Virus record (IMG/VR): IMGVR_UViG_3300036859_000137
Coordinates: 1 to 61,841 of that record
Source: a virus
Taxonomy: Duplodnaviria; Caudoviricetes
Strand: one strand, 5' to 3'
Length of the DNA: 61,841 nt
Made by a program: the position numbers and the translations under genes. Shown here piece by piece: positions 17,319-26,363 of the stretch. Within the stretch, counting starts at the first letter, position 1, and each line of letters begins with the position of its first letter. The notes below the pieces were generated by a model, which was given only the letters and a program-made list of their open reading frames with translations, was not told where the DNA came from and made no database searches.

Positions 17319-18007
17319 CAGACGACAAGCTGTTCGACCCCCGGGAGCTTCCGGGAGCAGAGGTGGTCTACGACGGTCTCGACGACGAGGGCGACGGGGT
17401 GGCTGTGGTCGCCGTCCCGGTGTCCGCGTTCGAGGGGCTCAAGGATCTTCCGCCGGAGATGGCCGAGCTGTTGGCAGAAGGCGCCTCGGTGCCGGATCCG
17501 CTCGGCGATCTGCTGGCCAACTTCCAGCAAATGATCTGGGCGCTGGAGGAGATCGACAAGGCGGCCGAGCGTCATGGTGAGCTGGACGAGAACGGTCCGG
17601 TCCACTCGGCGTTCCCGCTCCTCGCGTGTGTCGGCCAGCCGTACATGGCTGCTGAAGAGATCTTCCGTGCGCACTGCTCGGAGATGCTCGACCGCGTCGC
17701 CACGGGTGCCGACACCCAGCCGCCGACGAAGGCCGAGATGCTCGGGCTCCTGGTGGACGCCTCCGAGTTCCAGGACTTCTGCGGCGGGCTCACCTCGCTC
17801 TACCTCGAACTCACGGAGGCCGTCCTTCCGGCGGTGTTCGAGACGTTCCTGAAGCAAGAGCTGAACGGGGACCGCACGGACGTGGACGCCCAGCGGCAGG
17901 AGTGCGCAGAGGACGTCGAGAACCACCGTGACCAGCTCACGAGGATGCTCACCCGGCCGCGCGAGCGCGGCGGACGCGGGCCCCTCCCCGAGGACGGTCA
18001 GAGCTGA
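17315..18007 (+). CDS. Hypothetical protein, paralog of 19726-20202
   Basis: Shared 'FRAHC.E.LDRVA.G.D..P.T.AEM' motif. Confidence 0.7.
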   Translation: MTDDKLFDPRELPGAEVVYDGLDDEGDGVAVVAVPVSAFEGLKDLPPEMAELLAEGASVPDPLGDLLANFQQMIWALEEIDKAAERHGELDENGPVHSAFPLLACVGQPYMAAEEIFRAHCSEMLDRVATGADTQPPTKAEMLGLLVDASEFQDFCGGLTSLYLELTEAVLPAVFETFLKQELNGDRTDVDAQRQECAEDVENHRDQLTRMLTRPRERGGRGPLPEDGQS

Positions 18008-18009
18008 TC

Positions 18010-18261
18010 ATGGCCACCCCTGAGAAGCGTCGGGACTACGCCCGGAACCTCCGGGCGCGGTCTCAGCGCGGCTGCACGTGGTGTGGGGCGGAGGTACCGC
18101 CTCCTGTTACGTCCGCGTCCTACTGCTCCGACGCCTGTGTACAGGCGGATCACGAGGGGATCGATGATCTCCCTCCGATCATCCCTCTCAGCCCCGGTAA
18201 GGCGATGTCCGCCCGGCCGTGGCAGTCGTACGAGGACCGGCTGAGGAACGGCCGGTCGTGA
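18010..18261 (+). CDS. Small Cys-motif (zinc-finger-like) protein
   Basis: CTWC...YCSDAC. Confidence 0.55.
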   Translation: MATPEKRRDYARNLRARSQRGCTWCGAEVPPPVTSASYCSDACVQADHEGIDDLPPIIPLSPGKAMSARPWQSYEDRLRNGRS

Positions 18262-18344
18262 GGTGATCCACAATCTACGTGCCGCTTCCCGGGAGGGACC
18301 GGCACCCGGACCCGCAGCATTCAGTTGGCGACAGGGTGGGATAT

Positions 18345-18418
18345 GCCCCGCTAGCTCAACCGGCCAGAGCAGCTGTTTCGTAATCAGCAGGTTGGGGGTT
18401 CGAATCCCCCGTGGGGCT
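18345..18418 (+). tRNA. tRNA-Thr (anticodon CGT); CCA not encoded
   Basis: Cloverleaf GCCCCGC/GTGGGGC, D stem GCTC/GAGC, anticodon loop TT-CGT-AA, T arm GGGGG-TTCGAAT-CCCCC. Confidence 0.9.
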
Positions 18419-18451
18419 CTTCACATCATCCGGAACGAGGAAAGGTTGATC

Positions 18452-18631
18452 ATGGCGCATACCTTCAACTTCACCGTAGAAGTCACCCTGGAGCGCGAAC
18501 AGGGCAAGTTCGTGTCCCGCGAGGACATGGCGGCTGAGCTGGAGCAGGCGATCCAGGATGCCGACCCCGGCTCGGTAGACGTGGACGAGTCGAGCTACAA
18601 CGTCGTCGGCTGGGACGTGTCCGAAGTCTGA
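18452..18631 (+). CDS. Small hypothetical protein
   Basis: AAAGG RBS; MAHTFNFTVEV... Confidence 0.65.
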   Translation: MAHTFNFTVEVTLEREQGKFVSREDMAAELEQAIQDADPGSVDVDESSYNVVGWDVSEV

Positions 18632-18760
18632 CCAAGGGATAATCAAGATCGCCTGGTCTGCCCGCGTTACGACCGTGGGTTAGAAGATCAGGAAGACGTC
18701 GGGTTTTCCGTACCTTTCCCCGGCGCTCGCCGGTCCGGTGTTGCAGCCCGGACCGGAGGA

Positions 18761-18841
18761 TGCCCCGTATGCGCAATGGGCAGCGCAGCCGTCAGGGTCG
18801 CCCCCTGGGGGATGGCACCGGTTCGAATCCGGTCGGGGCAG
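18761..18841 (+). ncRNA. tRNA-like element with extended, non-canonical anticodon arm
   Basis: Acceptor TGCCCCG/CGGGGCA, D stem GCGC/GCGC, T arm ACCGG-TTCGAAT-CCGGT; GCCGTC/GATGGC encloses a further G/C stem. Confidence 0.65.
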
Positions 18842-18858
18842 CGGACATAGGAGGGATC

Positions 18859-19143
18859 ATGGAAATTGCGATCAAGGTGATCCAGTTCTCGACGGACTTC
18901 GGGGGCAACCCGCTCCCGTATGTCCCCGCGTTCCGTGAGTGGAACGCTCATGTCGTGTCGTGTGTCCAGTGCGCGCACGCGGATCAGCTCGTGCGCCAGC
19001 TGGCCGGAGATGACGGCACGGCTGAAGTGGATCATGAGGAACTGGAGCGCCTGTTCAACCTCCTGTGTGAGGGCGGCAAGATGCTCCAGCACAACGTCAC
19101 GCGCCGGATGGCACACCAGCACGAGATCAGCCTGCGTAACTGA
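18859..19143 (+). CDS. Hypothetical protein
   Basis: GGAGG RBS; H..CxxC...C. Confidence 0.6.
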   Translation: MEIAIKVIQFSTDFGGNPLPYVPAFREWNAHVVSCVQCAHADQLVRQLAGDDGTAEVDHEELERLFNLLCEGGKMLQHNVTRRMAHQHEISLRN

Positions 19144-19216
19144 TCTCATCCCCGGGACGGTCCCCGGTTCCCTCGATGCCGGGGGCCGTCTCCCTCACCC
19201 GGATAGAGGGATCACC

Positions 19217-19729
19217 ATGAGCGGAATGCTCCACTTCGAATCGAGTCCCGCCCTCGGCAAGGGCGGACCGTACACCACCGCGTACCGGCCGTGGCCACCC
19301 GAGGGCTTCACCGAGCCGACCCGTGAGGAATGGATCACCGTCCTCAACCGGCGCCGGTATCAGTACCTCCGGAAGATCACCACGGACGAGATCGTTCGGT
19401 ACATGGAAGTCCTCGACTGGTTCGGGGACCCCGACTACGGACGGGATCCTCTCCGCGAGGTGACCCGGACGGCCGGTCGGTCCCTCGGGACAGAGGTGGT
19501 CGACTTCCTGCATGTCCTCCGGCGCGAGCTGTACAAGAGGCCGGACCGGCGCCCCTACTTCTCCGTGAGGCACCAGCGCTGCGGGATGTGCGCGCACGCC
19601 AGTGACCGGCTGTGGGAGGCCACCGGCGAGACACACATCCTCGTCGACCGGAACGATGAACCGATCAAGAGCACGTTCGTGTGCGCGCGGTGCTGGTCCC
19701 GGTACGCGATCACCGACGAGGAGGAATGA
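19217..19729 (+). CDS. Hypothetical protein with C-terminal zinc finger
   Basis: CGMC...CARC. Confidence 0.6.
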   Translation: MSGMLHFESSPALGKGGPYTTAYRPWPPEGFTEPTREEWITVLNRRRYQYLRKITTDEIVRYMEVLDWFGDPDYGRDPLREVTRTAGRSLGTEVVDFLHVLRRELYKRPDRRPYFSVRHQRCGMCAHASDRLWEATGETHILVDRNDEPIKSTFVCARCWSRYAITDEEE

Positions 19730-20202
19730 TCATGAAGTGGGATCTCATCGGTGATCTTGGGATCTACGAAGATCAGTTCATGCTGATGGGTTGGGCCGAG
19801 GACGAGATCGCCAAGGCTCAGGAGCGCCACGGGGAGACCGGCAAGGGTCGGCTGTGGAACAGCTTCCTGATCTTGAAGGTCACCGAGCAGACCTACATGT
19901 GGTCGGAGATCATTTACCGGGCCCACTGCCGGGAGCTGCTCGACCGCGTTGCGGCCGGACAGGATGTCCGACCGGCCACGGACGCCGAGATGATCGCGGC
20001 CATGCGGGAGTCGAGCCTCACGGCTCCGCTCTCGTCGGCCGCAGCCACCCTGTACTTCCGGATCGCGGCGCGCTCGTTCCCCGAGCTGTGGGCAGCGTGC
20101 GGTGATCATTCCGACCTGACCGCATACGAGGCTGTGCACGGCACGGCTGCCGACGAGCACGAGGGGTGGCTCCGTAAGAAGCTCACCCGTGAGAGGGACT
20201 GA
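19726..20202 (+). CDS. Hypothetical protein, paralog of 17315-18007
   Basis: 'IYRAHCRELLDRVAAGQDVRPATDAEM'; GAGGAG RBS. Confidence 0.7.
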   Translation: MIMKWDLIGDLGIYEDQFMLMGWAEDEIAKAQERHGETGKGRLWNSFLILKVTEQTYMWSEIIYRAHCRELLDRVAAGQDVRPATDAEMIAAMRESSLTAPLSSAAATLYFRIAARSFPELWAACGDHSDLTAYEAVHGTAADEHEGWLRKKLTRERD

Positions 20203-20350
20203 TCATGTTCAGGAAGAAGCCCAGGCTGGACGAGGACCCGGCCAGCAAGAATCCCACGGGCAACGCCCGCCGGGCGTCCGCCGGACAGCGCCGGAAGAAA
20301 GATCGGAAGCTCTACGGAGGGACCCCGTGGGAGGACCCCGAGAAAGGTAA

Positions 20351-20665
20351 ATGATCATGGGACGTATCACGTTCCGCCGGAGGTTCACGATCATCCCCGG
20401 CCTGCTGTATCTCAACATCAACCGCATGTCGTGGTCGGTCACGACCCGGCTAGGGCCGGTCGGTCATACCCGGTCGTCCACCGGCCGCCGTACGACGTCC
20501 GTCAATCTCCCCGGACGGGGTGTCGGTTACCGGCACACCAGCACGGCCGCAGGGCGTCACCGGGGACAGACCGACGAGGAGCGGGAGACCGAGGCCACCC
20601 GCGAGGAGCTGCGCCGCCGGATCGCCGCGCGGCGTGCCCGGATCCGGCGCATGCGCGACCGGTGA
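20351..20665 (+). CDS. DUF4236-family protein
   Basis: 'FRRRFTIIPG..LNINRMSWSV...G...T..STGRRTTSVNLPG.GVGYR'. Confidence 0.7.
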   Translation: MIMGRITFRRRFTIIPGLLYLNINRMSWSVTTRLGPVGHTRSSTGRRTTSVNLPGRGVGYRHTSTAAGRHRGQTDEERETEATREELRRRIAARRARIRRMRDR

Positions 20666-20707
20666 TCCACAACCCATCAGCCCGGACAGGCAGAAAGAAG
20701 AACGATC

Positions 20708-21046
20708 ATGAGTGACCTTTTCGACGTCCCGGAGCAGGACGTCAGGCCCGGTACCTATCAGACGATCGTCCGGCCACACCAGCTCAAGCGGACGGACGTG
20801 TACACCGAAGTCCACGGCAAGAGTGTCCGGAACGTGGTGATCGAAAAGGTCACCTACGGAGAGATCACCTACCGGGGCCGCCCGGTCCCGGTGCTCTTCG
20901 TCCATGGCTACGACGAGATCAACAAGCGCCCGGTCCGCTACACCCGGACCGGCTGGGAGTTCCTCGAAGTGGCCAGGATCGGTGAGGCGCCGGAGTACCG
21001 GCGCGCACTGGACCGGCTCAACACGGTGTCGCAGTTCGTCTACTAG
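20708..21046 (+). CDS. Hypothetical protein
   Basis: 112-aa ORF, purine-rich RBS. Confidence 0.65.
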   Translation: MSDLFDVPEQDVRPGTYQTIVRPHQLKRTDVYTEVHGKSVRNVVIEKVTYGEITYRGRPVPVLFVHGYDEINKRPVRYTRTGWEFLEVARIGEAPEYRRALDRLNTVSQFVY

Positions 21047-21113
21047 TCCCCCGGCGCCGGTCAGCCGCCACGGCGAGGGCACCCGCCGGGGCGGCACCGG
21101 AGAAAGAAAGATC

Positions 21114-21449
21114 ATGAGCAAGAACCTCAACCACACCCAGCTGATCGAGACGGTCGCGGCCGAGTCCGGTCTGTCCGCCGAGATCGTCGGACGTGTCCTT
21201 CGGGCCACGTTCGACGTGATCGGCCGAACCGTGATCGGCAAGGGCCGCGTCACCGTAACGAACTTCGGTTCGTGGTACTCGTCCAAGGTCTCTCCCCGCG
21301 TGCGTCGCAACCCGCAGACGGGCGAGGAGTGGATGGACGGAGTCAAGCACTACCCCCGCTTCACGTGGTCCCCCCGGGTCCGCGAGGCGACGGTGACCGG
21401 TGATGTCCTCCCCACACTGAAGAAGCGCGGTCACCACGCCGCGAAGTGA
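21114..21449 (+). CDS. HU/IHF-like DNA-binding protein
   Basis: 'LNHTQLIETVA', 'VTVTNFGSW', 'RRNPQTGE', 'PRFTWS'. Confidence 0.9.
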   Translation: MSKNLNHTQLIETVAAESGLSAEIVGRVLRATFDVIGRTVIGKGRVTVTNFGSWYSSKVSPRVRRNPQTGEEWMDGVKHYPRFTWSPRVREATVTGDVLPTLKKRGHHAAK

Positions 21450-21456
21450 TCCACCC

Positions 21457-21506
21457 AAAGGCGCCGCCCCTGGTCGGGATGACCATGGGGCGGCGCCTTT
21501 TCTTTT
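21457..21506 (+). terminator. Rho-independent terminator
   Basis: AAAGGCGCCGCCCC...GGGGCGGCGCCTTT followed by TCTTTT. Confidence 0.85.
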
Positions 21507-21548
21507 GTTCGGCACGGGTGGACAGTTGGCGTATATCCCCTACGTGTC

Positions 21549-21938
21549 GTGAGGGGGTGCCCTGTGTCAGAGACGATCTGGGCATCAATCAAGACCGACT
21601 GGCACGCCGACGCCGTATGCGGAGGCGCAGCCGATCATCTGTTCTTTCCGTCCGAGGAGACCGAGGCCCGTCTGAACAGGGTCCGGTCTCTCTTCTGTGA
21701 TCTGTGCCCGGTCCGGGCCAAGTGCCTGAACTCCGCCCTGATCCATGGTGACTCCGGCTTCTGGGGCGGGACGTCCACTGGCATGCGCAATGCGATGCTG
21801 CGCACGCGGCACCGGGCGAAGTGCCCGGCGTGCAAGAGCCCCAACCTGATCGAGACAGAGGGGGACACCCCCTATCAGGTCTGCATTGCGTGCGCCGCCT
21901 CCTGGCGGAGTGACCTACGGGTGGCGGAGGCGTCATGA
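21549..21938 (+). CDS. WhiB-like (Wbl) transcription factor with extra C-terminal zinc ribbon
   Basis: 'W...AVC...LFFP...CDLCPVRAKCL...GFWGG' plus CPAC...CIAC. Confidence 0.85.
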   Translation: MRGCPVSETIWASIKTDWHADAVCGGAADHLFFPSEETEARLNRVRSLFCDLCPVRAKCLNSALIHGDSGFWGGTSTGMRNAMLRTRHRAKCPACKSPNLIETEGDTPYQVCIACAASWRSDLRVAEAS

Positions 21939-22147
21939 ACCTGGCGGAACTCAATGATCACATCGCCCGCGTCCGCCATGATCTCGAAGCTAAAAAGGAT
22001 GATCTTGACCGACTGCTTCTCGCCGACCCGGCGACCGGGATGATGGTCCGCTTCCAGATCGAATGTCTTGAGCCCCGGCTGCGGGAGCTGGAGCGCCAGG
22101 CACTGAGGACGACCAAGGAAGCCGACGCTCATACGGTCGCTGTCTAA
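21935..22147 (+). CDS. Hypothetical protein
   Basis: GGAGG RBS, ATGA coupling; last rightward gene. Confidence 0.55.
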   Translation: MNLAELNDHIARVRHDLEAKKDDLDRLLLADPATGMMVRFQIECLEPRLRELERQALRTTKEADAHTVAV

Positions 22148-23274
22148 GCGATCACTACAGGCGCCCGGTCCCTGCGCCTCTCAAGATCGTAAGCATGATG
22201 CCAACATTCCAGCCACCGCCACGCGTTCGGCTCCAGCCGGAAGCCGTCGGCCACCTCGCGCGCTGCTGCCGCCCGCTCCTGCCGGAGCGCCGGTGAGTCC
22301 TGGAGCTTCTTCAGCTCCTGATACCACCGGCGCGGGGTGTCCGCCAGAGCACCGATCACGAGACCGCTCTTCACCCCTCGCTGGTACAGACGCGAGTACT
22401 CCGCCCGGGGAGAGGCCACCCACGGGACCCCGAGCGCGGACATCTCCAGCGGCTTGAGCCAGCTCTTGCACCGGTTGAACCTCGTGTCCGCCAGGGGAGC
22501 CACGCCGATGCCGAGACCGGCCACCGCGCGCGGCCACTCGGTGAGGGCGATCGGGAGATCATGGCCAGACGGGTCCCTGGCAAGACCGAATGCGTACCCG
22601 CATCCAGTCGGGTCACCGATGACCTGAAAGGCGCCAGGATCGGCGCACAGCCGCGCCATGGCCCCGCCTATGGCCGACGGGTCATCCGGGTGCGAGGCGA
22701 GCGACGCTGGCCAGCCGATCCGATCACTGTCCACATGATCCACACCGTAGTAGAACGAGGGCAGGTGATTGAAGATCACTTTCCCTTGACCCTGGCGGGC
22801 GTAGACGTCGAGCAGGGCCGGAGTGGAGACCGTCACGAGCGTCGATTCCCGGCACGCAGCCACGAGGTTGTGCCAGCTGTTCCGGGAGAACTCCCCGCTC
22901 TTCCGGTCGACCAGCCACTGATTCCTCGGGTGGTAGCCCTTGTACGCCGGGTTGCTCGGATGGATCGACGTGAGATCGTCGTCCACATCGGTGACGACCG
23001 CGATCCCGTTCTTGCGCATGAGCGGGATCGCCTCGGCCATGAACTGATGAGTGATCCTCTGGAGCACCACCACATCGGTGTCAAGATCCAGGACTTCCTC
23101 GCAGTGCGAGTCCTTGTCACGGCGCCGGTTGCCGGAGATCCGCAGCCGGATGTCACGCTTCTCCGGCGGACGGAGATCGATATCGTGCCCCTGGCGCTTG
23201 AGTTCCTCGGCCGCCCAGATGAGCCGGAACGCTCCGCACCCGGAGCTGTCCGCCGGATAGATCGTGATCTTCAC
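22144..23274 (-). CDS. Glycosyltransferase (GT-B-like)
   Basis: 'GCGAFRL', 'DVDDD', 'VTVSTPAL', 'IGVAPLADTRFNRCKSWLKPLEMSALGVPWVAS'. Confidence 0.85.
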   Translation of the reverse strand: MKITIYPADSSGCGAFRLIWAAEELKRQGHDIDLRPPEKRDIRLRISGNRRRDKDSHCEEVLDLDTDVVVLQRITHQFMAEAIPLMRKNGIAVVTDVDDDLTSIHPSNPAYKGYHPRNQWLVDRKSGEFSRNSWHNLVAACRESTLVTVSTPALLDVYARQGQGKVIFNHLPSFYYGVDHVDSDRIGWPASLASHPDDPSAIGGAMARLCADPGAFQVIGDPTGCGYAFGLARDPSGHDLPIALTEWPRAVAGLGIGVAPLADTRFNRCKSWLKPLEMSALGVPWVASPRAEYSRLYQRGVKSGLVIGALADTPRRWYQELKKLQDSPALRQERAAAAREVADGFRLEPNAWRWLECWHHAYDLERRRDRAPVVIA

Positions 23275-23558
23275 TTGGTCCCGTGCGCCTTCGCCTGAAC
23301 CTTCGCGGTACCGGCCTGGACCGTGACGCCGGTCACCGGCTCTTCCTGGATCGGTACCGGCGCGGCCTTTCCCTTCGCCTGTGTGCGCTTCGCAGGAGCC
23401 TTCCGGGCCGGGGGTACCGGGTCGGGGGTCTCAGGCCCGGAGACGGCCGCCTGCGGGTTCTGGATCTCTGCGTACGGCGGGGCCTCCGGCGGGAGGGAAT
23501 TCTCCACAGCGGCCGTGACGGAGTCGAACACCCGGACCGGGATCTTGTCGTCAGCCAT
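23271..23558 (-). CDS. Hypothetical Pro/Ala-rich protein
   Basis: Coupled ORF in late operon. Confidence 0.6.
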   Translation of the reverse strand: MADDKIPVRVFDSVTAAVENSLPPEAPPYAEIQNPQAAVSGPETPDPVPPARKAPAKRTQAKGKAAPVPIQEEPVTGVTVQAGTAKVQAKAHGTK

Positions 23559-23560
23559 GA

Positions 23561-24910
23561 TCAGGTTCCTTCCGTGAATCCTACGGTGATCTTCAGAGAT
23601 TCGATCTTGGCTGCGATGTCCTCCGGGAGCCCGGAGAGATCCAGACCGGAGAGCACCGTCTTGACCTCCGCCAGGGAGGTTCCGAGGACCGTGAGCGCAG
23701 TCTTGATCTCGGTCAGGCTGGACCCGTTGGTACGGGCCTGCGCGAGGATCTCCAGGAGCCGGAGGTAACCCTCCCGCTCATAACTGGCCAGGGCCCACGT
23801 CGGATTGGCCGGATCATCGTTCGGGGACCGGACCGCATCCTTGTTGACCACGGCCGCGAACGCCTCGGCTTTGACCACGGCCGTGACCTGAGCCTTGATC
23901 GTGTTCGTGATCCATGTTTTGTCTTCAGCGCTGAGCGCCATGTCGTCTCCCTGTGCCCATGTGATCATGTCTGCCCTGCTCGCGAACTGCGCCAGGTCAT
24001 GATCGTAGTCTCCGGCGGTCGAGTACTGATGAATGAGCCAGTTGGACTGGATCGGAGGTGAGCCTGCGGGGATCCCGCCGGTCGCGATCCACAGCCCGTC
24101 ACCGGCGAAGCCGGTCGTGTCCCGGTTGAGCCAGAACGACGTGTTGCAGTAGAGCCCGACCCGGTGGCCCGGGGCCTTTCCCTGCACGTAGCTGATCCAT
24201 GCGTCCTTCTGGGCATTGCTCACCCCGGCATCTTCCCAGTCGAACCACAGGTGATCACCGGGCTGGAGAATGATCTGATCAAGGAACCGGTCGGCCTGAG
24301 CGATCATGTCACCCGGCCGCGCGAAGTGATAGAAGCCGACCGAGAGACCGTGATCTCTGGCCCACTGGCGCTGACCGGTCCACCGGCTCGACACCCACGA
24401 AGAACCCTCGGTCACTTTGATGATCGCGAAATCCACCCGCTTCCCGTCACCGGGGGTGGTGAGAGCGAAGTTGATCGGCTGGAACATGCTCACGTCCACG
24501 CCGTAGATCGCCACGGCTTCCCACTCCTGATTCTGGAAGTACGGAACTGTCCACCCGAGATAGGGCAGACCCCATCGGGAAGTGATCGTACCGGCCTGAA
24601 CACGGGACACCGTCCCGGGGCCGCTGATGTCGATCGACCACACGGAGCCGGTCCCGTCCGAGATCGCGACGTGCCCGTGTCCGGCACTGCCGCCACCCCA
24701 GAAGACGAGGGTTCCCGGCGGCGCGTTCACCGCGCCCGGGTGCTTGAGCGAGGACGGGGTCAGCTGCCACTGCGCCACGGCGTCCCGGTACCCGCTGAAG
24801 CCGTAGCCGTACATCGCGGCGCAGAACTGGCCGCACATACCGACCGACCACGTCCGGGTGATAGCACACTGTGCTAGCGCTTCAGCGACCGAGGAGACAG
24901 GCATGATCAC
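23561..24910 (-). CDS. Endolysin: CHAP/NlpC-like N-domain plus GH25 muramidase
   Basis: 'GMCGQFC...GHGHVAI'; 'YGVDVSMFQ', 'IKVTEG', 'GFYHFA', 'FDWED', 'IHQYS'. Confidence 0.85.
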   Translation of the reverse strand: MIMPVSSVAEALAQCAITRTWSVGMCGQFCAAMYGYGFSGYRDAVAQWQLTPSSLKHPGAVNAPPGTLVFWGGGSAGHGHVAISDGTGSVWSIDISGPGTVSRVQAGTITSRWGLPYLGWTVPYFQNQEWEAVAIYGVDVSMFQPINFALTTPGDGKRVDFAIIKVTEGSSWVSSRWTGQRQWARDHGLSVGFYHFARPGDMIAQADRFLDQIILQPGDHLWFDWEDAGVSNAQKDAWISYVQGKAPGHRVGLYCNTSFWLNRDTTGFAGDGLWIATGGIPAGSPPIQSNWLIHQYSTAGDYDHDLAQFASRADMITWAQGDDMALSAEDKTWITNTIKAQVTAVVKAEAFAAVVNKDAVRSPNDDPANPTWALASYEREGYLRLLEILAQARTNGSSLTEIKTALTVLGTSLAEVKTVLSGLDLSGLPEDIAAKIESLKITVGFTEGT

Positions 24911-25456
24911 CTACAGGGGGAGGACGTGCAGGGAACGGAACTGGAAGGTACCGGTACCCGAGCTGACGGAGTACTTCGCCTGGAAGGTGTTCGATCCGGC
25001 CGTCAGCGCGGTCGCGAGGTACCAGCGTGAGGTATAGAGAACTCCGTTGACCCCCATGCCGACCCCACCGGCCGCCCAGTCGTCGGACGCTGCCCGGGTG
25101 GTCGCGCCGGAGATCGCCCAGCTCATCTTGACCGAGGCCGTGGCCCCGTTCGTGTTCGGCCCGATCCGGCCTCCCTGGATCACGATCGCCTTCGTCCCGG
25201 TGGTCACGGTGACCGTCGGTCCCACGGTGGCCAGGTTCGCCGGGGTCGTGCTCGTGGTCGTCTCCTGGGTGTCGACCTTGTCCGTGGTGAAGATCCGTTC
25301 CGCGATGGCGTTCGCGCCGGTGGCCACGAAAAACCCGCTGGGGTTGAGTGCCTTCGCTGCCTCGGTCAGGTTGAGGTTGTCCCTCACATACAGGTTGAAG
25401 TCGGCAGAGGCGACGACCTGTCCGGCAATCGCCGTCATGGGTGCGACCCACGCCAT
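24911..25456 (-). CDS. Minor tail/fibre protein, paralog A
   Basis: MAWVAPMTAIAG..FNLYVRDNLN; Thr/Ser/Ala-rich; after tail genes. Confidence 0.65.
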   Translation of the reverse strand: MAWVAPMTAIAGQVVASADFNLYVRDNLNLTEAAKALNPSGFFVATGANAIAERIFTTDKVDTQETTTSTTPANLATVGPTVTVTTGTKAIVIQGGRIGPNTNGATASVKMSWAISGATTRAASDDWAAGGVGMGVNGVLYTSRWYLATALTAGSNTFQAKYSVSSGTGTFQFRSLHVLPL

Positions 25457-25468
25457 ATGATCATCCCC

Positions 25469-26038
25469 TCAGAACGGCATGACCAGGATGGACCGCACGG
25501 AGGCGAATCCCTGACTGGAGCTGACGGCGTACTTGGCGGTGAAAGTGTTCAGTCCCTGGGTGAGGCCGGTCGCGAGGTAGGCCCGGGAGTCGTAGGCGAA
25601 CCCGGAGGAGCCGAGGCCGACCTCTCCGGCTGCCCATGCGTCCGCAGCGGTGATCGAGGTGGCGCCGGAGACCTCCCAGCTCATTTTGACGGACTGGGTG
25701 GCGGAGAGACCTCCGCCGATCCGGCCACCGACCACGACCAGGCAGGTGGAGCCGGAGAACACCGTGACGGACGGACCGGCCGCCGGTACCCCGCCGGTCG
25801 GTACGGTGTCGTCCATGTCGGCGTACGTGGTCTGTGTGGTCGAGTCCTGCTGATTGACGATCGCCTGCTGGACCACTCGCTCACTGATCTGATTCGTGCC
25901 GGACGTCACAAAATAGCTCCCGGCCGTGGTGGCTTTGGCCGGACATGTCTCGTTCAGGTTGTCCCGCACGAAGGTATTGAACTGGGCTGCGGTGTAGACG
26001 GCTCCCGCCACCGCCGTCATGGGTGCGGTCCACGCCAT
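25469..26038 (-). CDS. Minor tail/fibre protein, paralog B
   Basis: MAWTAPMTAVAG..FNTFVRDNLN. Confidence 0.65.
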   Translation of the reverse strand: MAWTAPMTAVAGAVYTAAQFNTFVRDNLNETCPAKATTAGSYFVTSGTNQISERVVQQAIVNQQDSTTQTTYADMDDTVPTGGVPAAGPSVTVFSGSTCLVVVGGRIGGGLSATQSVKMSWEVSGATSITAADAWAAGEVGLGSSGFAYDSRAYLATGLTQGLNTFTAKYAVSSSQGFASVRSILVMPF

Positions 26039-26042
26039 GTGA

Positions 26043-26354
26043 TCACGCTCCCATGTCCGGATCCGGGGCGGTCCGCCCGAGATCCTCGTCCGCCCTCATG
26101 ACCGACTGGGGCTGTACCGGATAAGTGGCTCCGGTGGCCGTGTTGAGCCCGGCCTGAAGCTCTTGGTCGGTGACGAGTCCCTTATCCGTGAGTGCCTTGA
26201 GGATCACCGCGAGAATCACGTTGATCGTAAGGAACGCCACCCGGAGTTCGAAGGGCATGTACTTGAGATCGTCCGGCCGACCGCCGGAGAGCTTCTGATA
26301 GATCGTTTTCTGTGCTGACCAGATGGTCGTCACGTACGTCTTCAGCGTCGCCAT
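26043..26354 (-). CDS. Hypothetical protein
   Basis: AGGAG RBS, in late operon. Confidence 0.6.
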   Translation of the reverse strand: MATLKTYVTTIWSAQKTIYQKLSGGRPDDLKYMPFELRVAFLTINVILAVILKALTDKGLVTDQELQAGLNTATGATYPVQPQSVMRADEDLGRTAPDPDMGA

Positions 26355-26363
26355 GATCGTCTC

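Noticed and set aside
18345-18418. tRNA as attachment site or prophage boundary
   Set aside because: Phage-style genes continue on both sides; no integrase or duplicated 3' end beyond the generic T arm
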